Shown: positions 42,368 to 50,832 of the stretch, in pieces
How the letters are laid out: each line of letters opens with the position of its first letter
How positions within the stretch are numbered: position 1 is the first letter of the stretch
NCBI GenBank assembly: GCA_963824135.1
Contig: CAWGOH010000008.1
Span: 22 to 64,021, forward strand
Length of the DNA: 64,000 nucleotides
Direction: 5' to 3'
DNA from: an uncultured beta proteobacterium
GTDB lineage: Bacteria; Pseudomonadota; Gammaproteobacteria; Burkholderiales; Usitatibacteraceae
Translations under genes and position numbers: made by a program
The notes under the pieces: generated by a model
Databases searched by the model: none
Seen by the model: only the letters and a program-made list of their open reading frames with translations
Told to the model about the DNA's origin: nothing

Positions 42368-45325
42368 ATGAACCCAGACACTCCGAAGCGCAAGGTCCTT
42401 CTCATCGGCTGGGATGCCGCCGACTGGAAGATCATGACGCCCCTGATGGAGCAGGGGCACATGCCCAACCTCGCGCGCCTCGTGGAGCGCGGCGTCATGG
42501 GCAACCTGGCGACCTTGCATCCCGTGCTCTCGCCCATGCTCTGGACGAGCATCGCGACGGGCAAGCGCCCGTTCAAGCACGGCATCCTCGGCTTCACGGA
42601 GCCGACTCCCGACGGGGGGGCGGTCCAGCCGGTCAGCCAGCTCTCGCGCACGACCAAGGCCATCTGGAACATCCTGAACCAATCGGGATACCGGAGCGGG
42701 GTGGTGGGCTGGTGGCCCAGCCATCCGGTCGAGGCCATCAACGGCTCCATGGTCTCGAACCACTTTCACCATGCCGTGGGCCCGCCGGACCAGCCGTGGC
42801 CGCTGCCTTCCGGAGCGGTGCATCCGGAACGCGTGTCGGAAGCCCTGGCGGAGCTGCGCTTCAACCCGAACGAGCTCGTCCCGGAAGAGGTGCTGCCCTT
42901 CGTCCCCAGGGCGCTGGAGATCGACCAGGGGAAGGACCGCCGGCTGGCCTCGGTGATGAAGATCCTGGCCGAGTGCATCACGATGAACAACGCGGCGACC
43001 TGGCTCATGCAGAACGAGCCCTGGGACTTCTTCGCGGTGTACTTCGACGCCATCGACCACTTCTGCCACGCCTTCATGCGCTATCACCCGCCGCGCCAGG
43101 ACTGGATCGGCGAGCGCGACTTCGAGCTCTACTCGGGCGTGGTCAATGCCGGCTACCGGTTCCACGACATGATGCTGGGCGCGCAGCTCAGCCTCGTGGA
43201 CGAGGACACGACGGTGATCATGTGCTCGGACCACGGATTCCATCCCGACCACATGCGGCCGCGCCAGATTCCCAAGGAACCGGCCGGCCCCGCGGTGGAG
43301 CACCGGGACCTGGGCATGCTGGTGATCGCCGGTCCCGGCATCAGGAAGGACGAGCTGATCCACGGGGCGACGCTGCTCGACGTCACGCCGACGATCCTCG
43401 CGCTGCTGGGGCTGCCGGTAGGCGAGGACATGGACGGCAAGCCGCTTCTCCAGGCGTTCGAGACGCCGCCTGAGGTGACTCGCGTTCCGAGCTGGGACGC
43501 CATCTCCGGCGACGACGGGCGCCACTCCGTGACCCTGCGGCAGGACCCGCTCGCCGCCAAGGCGGCGCTCGACCAGCTCGTGGCGCTGGGCTATGTCGAG
43601 GCCCAGGGCGAGGACCAGGCCGACGCGGTCTCCCGCTGCGTGGCGGAGATGCGCTACAACCTGGCGCGCTCTTACATGGACGCCGACCTGCATCCCCAGG
43701 CGATCCCGATCCTCACGGAACTGGGCGAGTCCTACCCGGAGGAAATCCGCTTCGGCACGCAGCTCGCCCTGTGCCTGCGCGCCGTCGGCGATACGCCGGG
43801 CCTGCGCCTGCTGGTCGAGAAGATGCGGCAGTCGCGCTCGGTCATGGCCCGGCGCGCGCAGGAGAAGCTGGCGGAGATTCGCGGGACGCTCAAGGAGCGC
43901 CTCGCGGCGCGCAAGTCGGGACGGGAGAAAGCCGTTGCGGAAGGCGGCCCCGCGCCGAAGGCCGCGACGGGCGAGGAGGAGGACCGGCTGCTCTCGCCGA
44001 AGGAGCGCGAGGAGCTCGATCGCTGGCGCTACGTGAGGAACACCACCACCTACGACCTCGACTTCCTCATGAGCTGCGTCCTTCTCGACGAGGACAATCC
44101 GGAGGAGGCGCTGGCCTACCTGGCGAAGGCGGGCGAGGCCCAGCCCGACCGCCCGGGCCTGCACATCCAGGTCGGCGAGGCCTACCTCAAGCTGCGAAGG
44201 GCGCCGGAGGCCGAGGAGTCGTACCGGAAGGCGCTCGCCATCGACCCGCTGAATTTCCACGCCCACCTGGGGGTGGCGCGCGCGAGCCTGCGCCAGCGCC
44301 GCTACGAGGAGGCCGCGGCGCAGGCGCTGGAGACGGTGCGGCTCATGTTCCACTATCCGATGGCTCACTTCGTCCTCGGCAACGCGCTGTTCCGGCTCCG
44401 CCGCATCGACGCGGCCGAGCGCTCGCTCAATCTCGCCCTCGAGCTCAACCCGAATTTCATCGAGGCGCACCGGATGCTGATGTCGCTCTACCGGTTCTGG
44501 AAGCCGGACCCCGTCGCCTTGAGAAAGCACCGCAAGGCCGTGGCGGAGCTGCGCCGCATGAATCTCAGGGGCAAGGAAGCGGGGCTCGCGGCGATGGCGG
44601 CGGAGTTCGCCGAGGCGCCCACGGGCGAGCATGACGAGCCGGGACTGTTGCCGGACGGGGCGCAGGCGCCCGAGCCGGAAGGGTCGGCCGGAATCAGTCG
44701 CCTGCCGGACGACGGGGCGCCCGCCGACTTCGTCACCGTGGTGGCGGGCCTGCCGCGCTCCGGGACCTCGATGCTCATGCAGATGCTCGATGCGGGCGGA
44801 ATGCGGATCTTCACCGACCGCAAGCGCGAGGCCGACGAGGACAATCCGAGGGGCTATTTCGAGACCGAGAAGGCCACCCAGCTGCGCAAGAACCGGGACT
44901 GGGTCCGCGAGGCGACGAACATGGGCGTCAAGATCGTGGCCCAGCTGCTGCCCTACATGCCCCGGGAGGTGCCCGTCCGCGTCGTCTTCATCGAGCGCGA
45001 TCTCGACGAGGTCCTGGCCTCGCAGAAGACGATGCTCGAAAGAAGGAAGCGGCCCGACGGCAAGTTCGCGGACGAGCAGATCAGGGCCGCGTTCTCCCGC
45101 CAGCTGACGATCGTCAAGCGCTGGCTGGCCCGCAACCCCAATGCCTGGACGCTGTACGTCCAGCACCGCGATGTCGTCCGCGATCCCCGTGCCGCCGCGA
45201 CGGCGATCAGCGAGTTCCTCGGCGGCCGCCTGGACGTGGAAGCGATGGTCCGGGCGGTCGATCCCTCCCTGTACCGGCAGCGCGCGCGGGCGGATGCCCG
45301 CGGCGGCATGGCCGTACCCTCCTGA
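42368..45325 (+). CDS. Three-module protein: alkaline-phosphatase-superfamily (type I phosphodiesterase/NPP-like) domain, TPR repeats, C-terminal sulfotransferase domain
   Basis: Intact 985 aa. N-terminus KVLLIGWDAADWKIM..LSPMLWTSIATGK..SDHGFHPDHM (AlkP/NPP-like). Middle has TPR-like helices (YNLARSYMD.., AYLKLRRAPEAEESYRKALAIDP). C-terminus VVAGLPRSGTSMLMQML (PAPS 5'-phosphosulfate loop) and VVFIERDLDEVLAS. Confidence 0.8.
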   Translation: MNPDTPKRKVLLIGWDAADWKIMTPLMEQGHMPNLARLVERGVMGNLATLHPVLSPMLWTSIATGKRPFKHGILGFTEPTPDGGAVQPVSQLSRTTKAIWNILNQSGYRSGVVGWWPSHPVEAINGSMVSNHFHHAVGPPDQPWPLPSGAVHPERVSEALAELRFNPNELVPEEVLPFVPRALEIDQGKDRRLASVMKILAECITMNNAATWLMQNEPWDFFAVYFDAIDHFCHAFMRYHPPRQDWIGERDFELYSGVVNAGYRFHDMMLGAQLSLVDEDTTVIMCSDHGFHPDHMRPRQIPKEPAGPAVEHRDLGMLVIAGPGIRKDELIHGATLLDVTPTILALLGLPVGEDMDGKPLLQAFETPPEVTRVPSWDAISGDDGRHSVTLRQDPLAAKAALDQLVALGYVEAQGEDQADAVSRCVAEMRYNLARSYMDADLHPQAIPILTELGESYPEEIRFGTQLALCLRAVGDTPGLRLLVEKMRQSRSVMARRAQEKLAEIRGTLKERLAARKSGREKAVAEGGPAPKAATGEEEDRLLSPKEREELDRWRYVRNTTTYDLDFLMSCVLLDEDNPEEALAYLAKAGEAQPDRPGLHIQVGEAYLKLRRAPEAEESYRKALAIDPLNFHAHLGVARASLRQRRYEEAAAQALETVRLMFHYPMAHFVLGNALFRLRRIDAAERSLNLALELNPNFIEAHRMLMSLYRFWKPDPVALRKHRKAVAELRRMNLRGKEAGLAAMAAEFAEAPTGEHDEPGLLPDGAQAPEPEGSAGISRLPDDGAPADFVTVVAGLPRSGTSMLMQMLDAGGMRIFTDRKREADEDNPRGYFETEKATQLRKNRDWVREATNMGVKIVAQLLPYMPREVPVRVVFIERDLDEVLASQKTMLERRKRPDGKFADEQIRAAFSRQLTIVKRWLARNPNAWTLYVQHRDVVRDPRAAATAISEFLGGRLDVEAMVRAVDPSLYRQRARADARGGMAVPS

Positions 45326-45335
45326 AAGGCCTGTC

Positions 45336-45875
45336 GTGAGAAAGCTCCTCCTGCTCGTCCTGGTCGCCGCGGGCCTCGCCGCCGTGGCGGCCGACAAGAC
45401 CGCCCCCGCTCCGAAGTCCGTTTCGCCGTCCCCGGCCGAAAAGGGCTGGAAGGCGATCCGCTGCCTCGGGGACGACGACGGCAACGGAAAGCTCTCGCGC
45501 GACGAGGTCGCCAGGATCGATCCCGCGCCCGTCCGGGTGTTGAGCAGGCAGTTCGACGCGATCGACGCGAACCGCGACGGCGTGATCACCTTCGAGGAAT
45601 TCCGCGACCATACCCAGGGAATCCGCGACAAGTGGGAGGCGTCCTTCCGCGAGGCGGACACGGACCGCAGCGGCGGGCTTTCCAAGGCGGAGCTGGCGAA
45701 GTCCCAGGACGGGAGCTTCGGCCAGATCAAGGCGCGCTTCGAGCAGATGGACGCCGACAAGGACGGACAGGTCACCCTGCAGGAGCGGGACCGGTACCTG
45801 AAATCGGCCGGCGAGGATGCGAGGCGCCGACGCCTCGAACCCAAGGCCGATCCCGCCCGGAAGGCGCAGCCGTAG
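45336..45875 (+). CDS. Secreted calcium-binding protein with four EF-hand loops
   Basis: GTG start 10 nt after the upstream stop. Signal peptide [16 protein letters not shown]. Loops [36 protein letters not shown] and [12 protein letters not shown]. Confidence 0.8.
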   Translation: MRKLLLLVLVAAGLAAVAADKTAPAPKSVSPSPAEKGWKAIRCLGDDDGNGKLSRDEVARIDPAPVRVLSRQFDAIDANRDGVITFEEFRDHTQGIRDKWEASFREADTDRSGGLSKAELAKSQDGSFGQIKARFEQMDADKDGQVTLQERDRYLKSAGEDARRRRLEPKADPARKAQP

Positions 45876-45877
45876 AA

Positions 45878-47322
45878 CCGCGCATCGTCGCGGTCGGGGG
45901 CGAGGGCGGGTCGGCCTCCATCGGCCGGATCCTGCTCGAGTCGGGGCGCCGCGATTTCGTCGTCGAGGACTTCGATCGCCGCGACCCCGGGGCCGGCGGC
46001 ATGGCGGCGGCGTGGAGGGCGGACATCGCCATCGTCGTGATCGAAGCTCCCGAAGGATTGCGGGAGCGGGCGCGGCGGGACCTCTACCTGGCATCGCTGC
46101 TGCGCATCCCGCGCATCGTGCTCGCGGTCGACCGGATGGACCGGGTGGGCTATGCGCAGGACGCCTTCCGCCGGATCGAAACGGACTGCGGTGCCTTCGC
46201 ATCCCGGATCGGCCTCGCGCGTTTCGCGTGCGTCCCGATCAGCTCCGCCCGCGGCGACAACGTCGCCTCGCCGCAGGGCAATACCCCGTGGTACGAGGGA
46301 CCGACGCTTCTGGGGCACCTGGATTCGGCGCCCGTCGACGATCCGGCGGCCACCGTGCCGGTCGCGGGCGATCCCGTCACCGTCGCGGACCAGTTCGAGG
46401 CCACCGTCGTCTGGATGGGCGGGGAGCCGCTGCTGCGCGGCCGCGAGTACCTGCTGGAGATCGGCGGCAGGACCGTCGCCGCCACCGTCGCGCCGCATCA
46501 AGTACCGGATCGACGTGGACACGCAGGAGCGTCTGGCCGCCGAACAGGCTCGAGCGGGACGAGATCGGCGTGTGCGAGCTGGAGCTCGGCCAGCCGATCG
46601 CATTCGAGCCTCACGCCGTCAACCGCGAACGGGGCCGCTTCGTCCTGCTCGACGGGATCACGCGCGTGGCGGTGGGCGCCGGCGTGCTCCACTTCGCCCT
46701 GAGGCGCTCGCAGAACGTCCATTGGCAATCGGTCGACATCGACCGCCGCGCGCGCGCCTCGCTCAAGGGCCAGCGGCCGGTCGTGGTGTGGTTCACGGGC
46801 CTGTCGGGCGCGGGCAAGTCGACCATCGCCAACCTGGTGGAGAAGAAGCTGCACGCGCTCGGCCGGCACACCTACCTGCTGGACGGCGACAACGTGAGGC
46901 ACGGTCTCAACAAGGACCTGGGCTTCACCGCCGAGGACCGGGTGGAGAACATCCGGCGGGTGGCCGAGGTGGCCGCGCTGATGGCCGACGCGGGCCTGGT
47001 GGTGCTGGCGGCCTTCATCTCGCCTTTCCGCAGCGAACGCCGCATGGCGCGGGCCTTGCTGCCCGAGGGCGAGTTCGTCGAGGTGTTCATCGACACGCCG
47101 CTGGAAGTGGCGGAGGCCCGCGACGCGAAGGGGCTGTACCGGAAGGCTCGTCGCGGCGAGCTCGCGAACTTCACCGGAATCGACTCGCCGTACGAGCGCC
47201 CCGAGGCCGCGGAGATCACGATCCCGGGAGCCCTTTGCGGGCCCGAGGAGGCCGCGGAGCGGATCGTCGCGGAACTGCAGCGCCGGGGCGTCACCCGCGC
47301 CGCGATCGGCCGGGAGGCGTAG
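45878..47322 (+). CDS. cysC: Degenerate, shortened CysN-like domain fused to adenylylsulfate (APS) kinase; two frame breaks near 46495 and 46545; N-terminal boundary uncertain
   Basis: C-terminal half [46 protein letters not shown] is canonical CysC. The N-terminal half aligns to CysN ([41 protein letters not shown]-like RVAVGAG) but has GGEGGSAS in place of the GxxxxGKS P-loop. No start codon occurs after the EF-hand stop. Confidence 0.75.
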
Positions 47323-47326
47323 GCGG

Positions 47327-48082
47327 GTGGATCCGGCGCTCCTCGAGGAGGTGATCGCCCTTGCCCGGGCCGCGGGCGAGGCCATCCTGGGCGTCTACGC
47401 CACGGACTTCGCCGTGCGCGAGAAGGCGGATGCGTCCCCCGTGACGATGGCCGACGAAATGGCGGAGGCGGTGATCCTCCGGGGACTGGCGTCGCTCGCG
47501 CCCGCGATCCCCGTGGTCTCGGAGGAGGCGGCATCCGCCGGGCGGGCGCCCGCGGTCGGGCAGGCATTCTGGCTTGTCGATCCCCTCGACGGGACGAAGG
47601 AGTTCGCCAGCCGCAACGGCGAGTTCACCGTCAACATCGCTCTCGTCGAGAACGGCCTGCCGGTCCTCGCCGTGGTGCACGCCCCGGCGCTCGCGCGCCT
47701 CTATGCGGGCCTCGAAGGAGGCGGCGCGAAGGCCGAGGACGCGAGCGGCAGCAGGCCGATCCGCGCGCGTGCGATTCCCGGGGAGGGAATGACCGTCGTC
47801 TCCAGCCGTTCCCACGGCGACGCCGAGGCGCTGGCGCGCCACCTGGCCGGCCGCAAGGTGGCCGCTTCGGCGCGCGCGGGATCCTCGCTCAAGTTCTGTC
47901 TCGTGGCCGAGGGGAAGGCGGACCTCTATCCCCGCTTCGGACGCACGATGGAATGGGACACGGCCGCCGGTCACGGGGTGCTGCGCGCGGCGGGCGGGCG
48001 GGTGGTCGACCTCGAGGGCCGCGAACTGCGGTACGGCAAGCCCGGCTTCGCCAATCCCCACTTCCTCGCCTTCGGCGCCTGA
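47327..48082 (+). CDS. cysQ: 3'(2'),5'-bisphosphate nucleotidase (PAP phosphatase)
   Basis: Intact 251 aa. KADASPVTMAD, WLVDPLDGTKEF and MEWDTAAGHGVL are inositol-monophosphatase-fold/CysQ motifs. GTG start 4 nt after the upstream stop. Confidence 0.85.
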   Translation: MDPALLEEVIALARAAGEAILGVYATDFAVREKADASPVTMADEMAEAVILRGLASLAPAIPVVSEEAASAGRAPAVGQAFWLVDPLDGTKEFASRNGEFTVNIALVENGLPVLAVVHAPALARLYAGLEGGGAKAEDASGSRPIRARAIPGEGMTVVSSRSHGDAEALARHLAGRKVAASARAGSSLKFCLVAEGKADLYPRFGRTMEWDTAAGHGVLRAAGGRVVDLEGRELRYGKPGFANPHFLAFGA

Positions 48083-48120
48083 TCCGCGGCCCGCCGGAGC
48101 AGGCAACGAGCGGGCGCGGT

Positions 48121-49770
48121 TCAGCGTTCGCGCGCGTCCAGCACCTCGAAGCGCGCCGCCACCCAGCCGCGGCCCGAAACCTGGTCCCGGCTGAAGCGGA
48201 TCGTGTAGGTGTAGGGGCCCAGGGTCATCTCGAAGGATCCCCTCGCCTCGAACGTGGCGCGGGAGACGAGCAGGGCGTCGAGCTGCCCTCCCGGGTCGCC
48301 CCCGGGCACGAACAGCGCGTCGACCTTCGCGAGCGCCCTGGACATTCCCGGCGTGTCGGCGAAGAGCGCGACGCGGGCCGGGTCGTCCGCCAGCGCCCGA
48401 ATTCCGATGCGCACGCGGTTCGTCGCCGGGTCCGCGAAGACGCGGACGACGCGGCCGACGCGGATGCGATCGCCTTCGCGCACGCCCAGCAGGTCGCCCG
48501 TCGAAACGTCGACGTCGCCGTTTCGCGGGATCGAGATGCCCATCCCGCGCGCGGACCGGTCGATGACGGTGCAGCGCTTGCCGAGGGGCTCCATGACCAT
48601 GCCGTACGACTCGCTGCGGTCGGAACGCGCGCTGCCCCGGGCGTCCGGCTGCGTCGGGGTGCCCGGATCGGGAACGGTGGCATCGTCGACGGCCGGCCCG
48701 AAGCCGCGCGCCAGGATTTCGCCCAGCCCGACGAGCAGCGGAACGCCTGCCCCGTCCGCGGCCCGCGCCCGCTTCTCGCGCGCGGCGGCGGGATTTGCCC
48801 AGAATGCGAGCAGCTCCTCGAGCCGGCCGAGCGCGGAGACGTGGTGCTCGACGGGAAGGCTGGCCGCGAACCGCGTCCCGGAAACCAGGCGCCCCGCGTG
48901 GAAGGCGCTCCGGATCCCGTCGATGCGCCCGCGCAGCCCCTCGAGGCCGCCGACGTATCGCGTGGCCGCGCCCGGCGAGCGGCCGCACGGCTCGAGGCCT
49001 CCCGAGCCGTGGATGCCGATGGCGACGGGACAATGCCCGGCGGTCGGCTCGGCGAGGACGCGGAAGTCCCTGCACCACAGCAGGAGCCAGCCGTCGGCGA
49101 TCTCCATCTCGGGACGCGACAGGGGGCCGATGCACAGGGCCTCGAACAGGAGGGCTCGCAGGTAGAGCGACTCGGGCGTCGCCTCGAAGGGCAGGCCGTC
49201 GACCGTGACGGTCGCCGGCGCCCTCGCGACGCCTGCCGCTTCCGCCATCCGGTAGGCCTCGTGCAGCGCCTGCAGGTCGCGGGCGCCCCGGCCGGCGATG
49301 GCGCTCCACTTGAGGGCCTCGCCCAGGCTCGCCATGGCGCTCGCCAGCAGCCGGGTCAGCACGGGGTTTTCCGCGCCGAAGGCCGCGAGCTCGATCTTCG
49401 CGAATCCCATCGCGGCTTCCGCCCAGCGCTCGCGCGCCCGGATCGCCCAGTCGGCGAACGCCTGGTCCTCGTCGCCCCACACGATCTCGTGCGCGAGCAC
49501 CGCCGAGGATTCCGTCGCGAAATGCCCGCCCACCGCCGCTTCGGCGTCGAGGAGCAGCGACGAGTCCAGGCTGCCGTGCGCGTCGGCGTGGCCGAGCGCA
49601 TCGAGCAGGTTGTCCAGTTCGTTCCGGAAACTCCTGCCGTGGGCCGTTGCGAGCCGGCGGGCGGCCGTCATGGCCGCTCCGGAAGCGGAGGTGGAGGGCA
49701 GGTGGGTCGGATACCTCATGACGCCCGCATTCCGGGCCGTCGCGAGATCGCGTGTCGTGGTGGATAGCAT
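48121..49770 (-). CDS. Hypothetical 549-aa protein with a C-terminal PilZ-like motif pair
   Basis: Intact ORF. Strong AGGAGG 7 nt before ATG 49770. RGSAR..(21 aa)..DRSARGMGI fits the PilZ RxxxR...(D/N)xSxxG spacing. The remainder is not recognisable. Confidence 0.55.
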   Translation of the reverse strand: MLSTTTRDLATARNAGVMRYPTHLPSTSASGAAMTAARRLATAHGRSFRNELDNLLDALGHADAHGSLDSSLLLDAEAAVGGHFATESSAVLAHEIVWGDEDQAFADWAIRARERWAEAAMGFAKIELAAFGAENPVLTRLLASAMASLGEALKWSAIAGRGARDLQALHEAYRMAEAAGVARAPATVTVDGLPFEATPESLYLRALLFEALCIGPLSRPEMEIADGWLLLWCRDFRVLAEPTAGHCPVAIGIHGSGGLEPCGRSPGAATRYVGGLEGLRGRIDGIRSAFHAGRLVSGTRFAASLPVEHHVSALGRLEELLAFWANPAAAREKRARAADGAGVPLLVGLGEILARGFGPAVDDATVPDPGTPTQPDARGSARSDRSESYGMVMEPLGKRCTVIDRSARGMGISIPRNGDVDVSTGDLLGVREGDRIRVGRVVRVFADPATNRVRIGIRALADDPARVALFADTPGMSRALAKVDALFVPGGDPGGQLDALLVSRATFEARGSFEMTLGPYTYTIRFSRDQVSGRGWVAARFEVLDARER

Positions 49771-49814
49771 CGTCGTCCCTCCTGTTCGTCGCCCGGGCTC
49801 GGCTCGCAGCCCGT

Positions 49815-50240
49815 TCAGTGCCGGAAGTCCGCGCGTCCCGCCGCCGACGTGAAGTGGCGGTGGATCTCCCCGGCGTAGAGCCGGGCGGGGGAGGATGCCG
49901 GGCTGGCCGCGTCGCCGGGCACTTCCCACGGCGATTGCCGGAACGCGGTCACGTCGGGGTGGACGCCGATCGCCAGGCGCACGAGTTCGCGCGCCCGGTC
50001 GGAGCGCCCGTCCTCGACGTAGCAGCGGGCCGCATCCATCACGCGGTCGGCGTCGGCGAGGTCCGCGAGGCCGCGAACCACTCCGGGAAAGCGTGCCCGC
50101 AGGTAGGCCTCGCGGACGCGGTCGCCCTCCGGCACGGCGGTGGACGGCCGTGCAGTACGCAACCCGGTTTCCGGCAGGGGCGCGTCGAGGGGAACGAGTT
50201 CGAGCGCTGCGGCATTCCAGCGTGGTTCGTGGGCAGTCAT
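49815..50240 (-). CDS. Small hypothetical protein, paralogue A (TPR-like helix pair)
   Basis: VREAYLRARFPGVVRGLADLADADRVMDAARCYVEDGRSDRARELVRLAIGVHPD parallels paralogue B. The start at 50240 is supported by the same upstream motif spacing as paralogue B. Confidence 0.5.
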   Translation of the reverse strand: MTAHEPRWNAAALELVPLDAPLPETGLRTARPSTAVPEGDRVREAYLRARFPGVVRGLADLADADRVMDAARCYVEDGRSDRARELVRLAIGVHPDVTAFRQSPWEVPGDAASPASSPARLYAGEIHRHFTSAAGRADFRH

Positions 50241-50306
50241 GGTGTCGGGCCTTCGCATTCCGGGGACAGGGTCATGAACCCAAAATACGCGCGCCGCGCT
50301 GGCGGG

Positions 50307-50324
50307 ACTGTCAACGATTGTGTC
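50307..50324 (-). promoter_or_regulatory. Recurring motif copy 1: GACACAATCGTTGACAGT (read on the minus strand)
   Basis: 66 nt upstream of the paralogue A start. Copies 1 and 2 share 22 of 25 nt (CGCGCGACACAATC.TT..ACAGTCC). Confidence 0.45.
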
Positions 50325-50359
50325 GCGCGGCGCCCCGGTCCCGGGCACGCCGCCGCCCC

Positions 50360-50725
50360 TCAGGCGTGGTCCAGGCGTCTCCAGAAATGCACGGCCTCGC
50401 CGAATTGCGGGGGCTGCGGGTGCGTGTCCAGGAATTCGCGGACCACGGCAAGGAACCGGGCGCGCTCGCCCGCGAAGGAGAGGACTTCCAGCTGCGCGAG
50501 CCAGAGCGATTCGTCGTCGGGGTACGCGTCGGTCGCCACGTCCAGCAGTTGCAGCGCCCGCTCGGCCTGCCCGGCGCCGAGGCAGCGGCGGGCCGCGTCG
50601 ATGACGGCGGCCGCCTCGTGGAAATCCGCGGCGTCGAGGATCACGTCCGGGAAGTGCGCGCGCAGGTAGGCGTCCCGCACGCGGGAGGGCATGGCCTTGC
50701 TGTCATTCCTCGGGGCAAATTCCAT
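50360..50725 (-). CDS. Small hypothetical protein, paralogue B (TPR-like)
   Basis: VRDAYLRAHFPDVILDAADFHEAAAVIDAARRCLGAGQAERALQLLDVATDAYPDDESLWLAQLEVL; 121 aa. Confidence 0.55.
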   Translation of the reverse strand: MEFAPRNDSKAMPSRVRDAYLRAHFPDVILDAADFHEAAAVIDAARRCLGAGQAERALQLLDVATDAYPDDESLWLAQLEVLSFAGERARFLAVVREFLDTHPQPPQFGEAVHFWRRLDHA

Positions 50726-50787
50726 GTGCGCCTCCCGGGATCCCGCTTCTGGTTTTGACCCGAGTGTGCCGGCGCGCGGGCGCCCGG

Positions 50788-50805
50788 ACTGTGAAAGATT
50801 GTGTC
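50788..50805 (-). promoter_or_regulatory. Recurring motif copy 2: GACACAATCTTTCACAGT (read on the minus strand)
   Basis: 62 nt upstream of the paralogue B start, in the gap after the regulator gene. Confidence 0.45.
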
Positions 50806-50832
50806 GCGCGCGCCGGGCGGGCCCGGCGGGGC

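Noticed and set aside
41435-46603. 1722-aa minus-strand ORF antisense to the sulfation operon
   Set aside because: It has low-complexity Arg/Gly/Pro composition and no motifs. The plus-strand genes on the opposite strand have strong family signatures and ribosome-binding sites.
50307-50324. Reading the recurring motif as a sigma-70 promoter, because copy 1 contains TTGACA
   Set aside because: The other copies have TTCACA and TTAACA. None has a convincing -10 hexamer at 16-19 nt spacing, so a regulator-binding site is the more economical reading.
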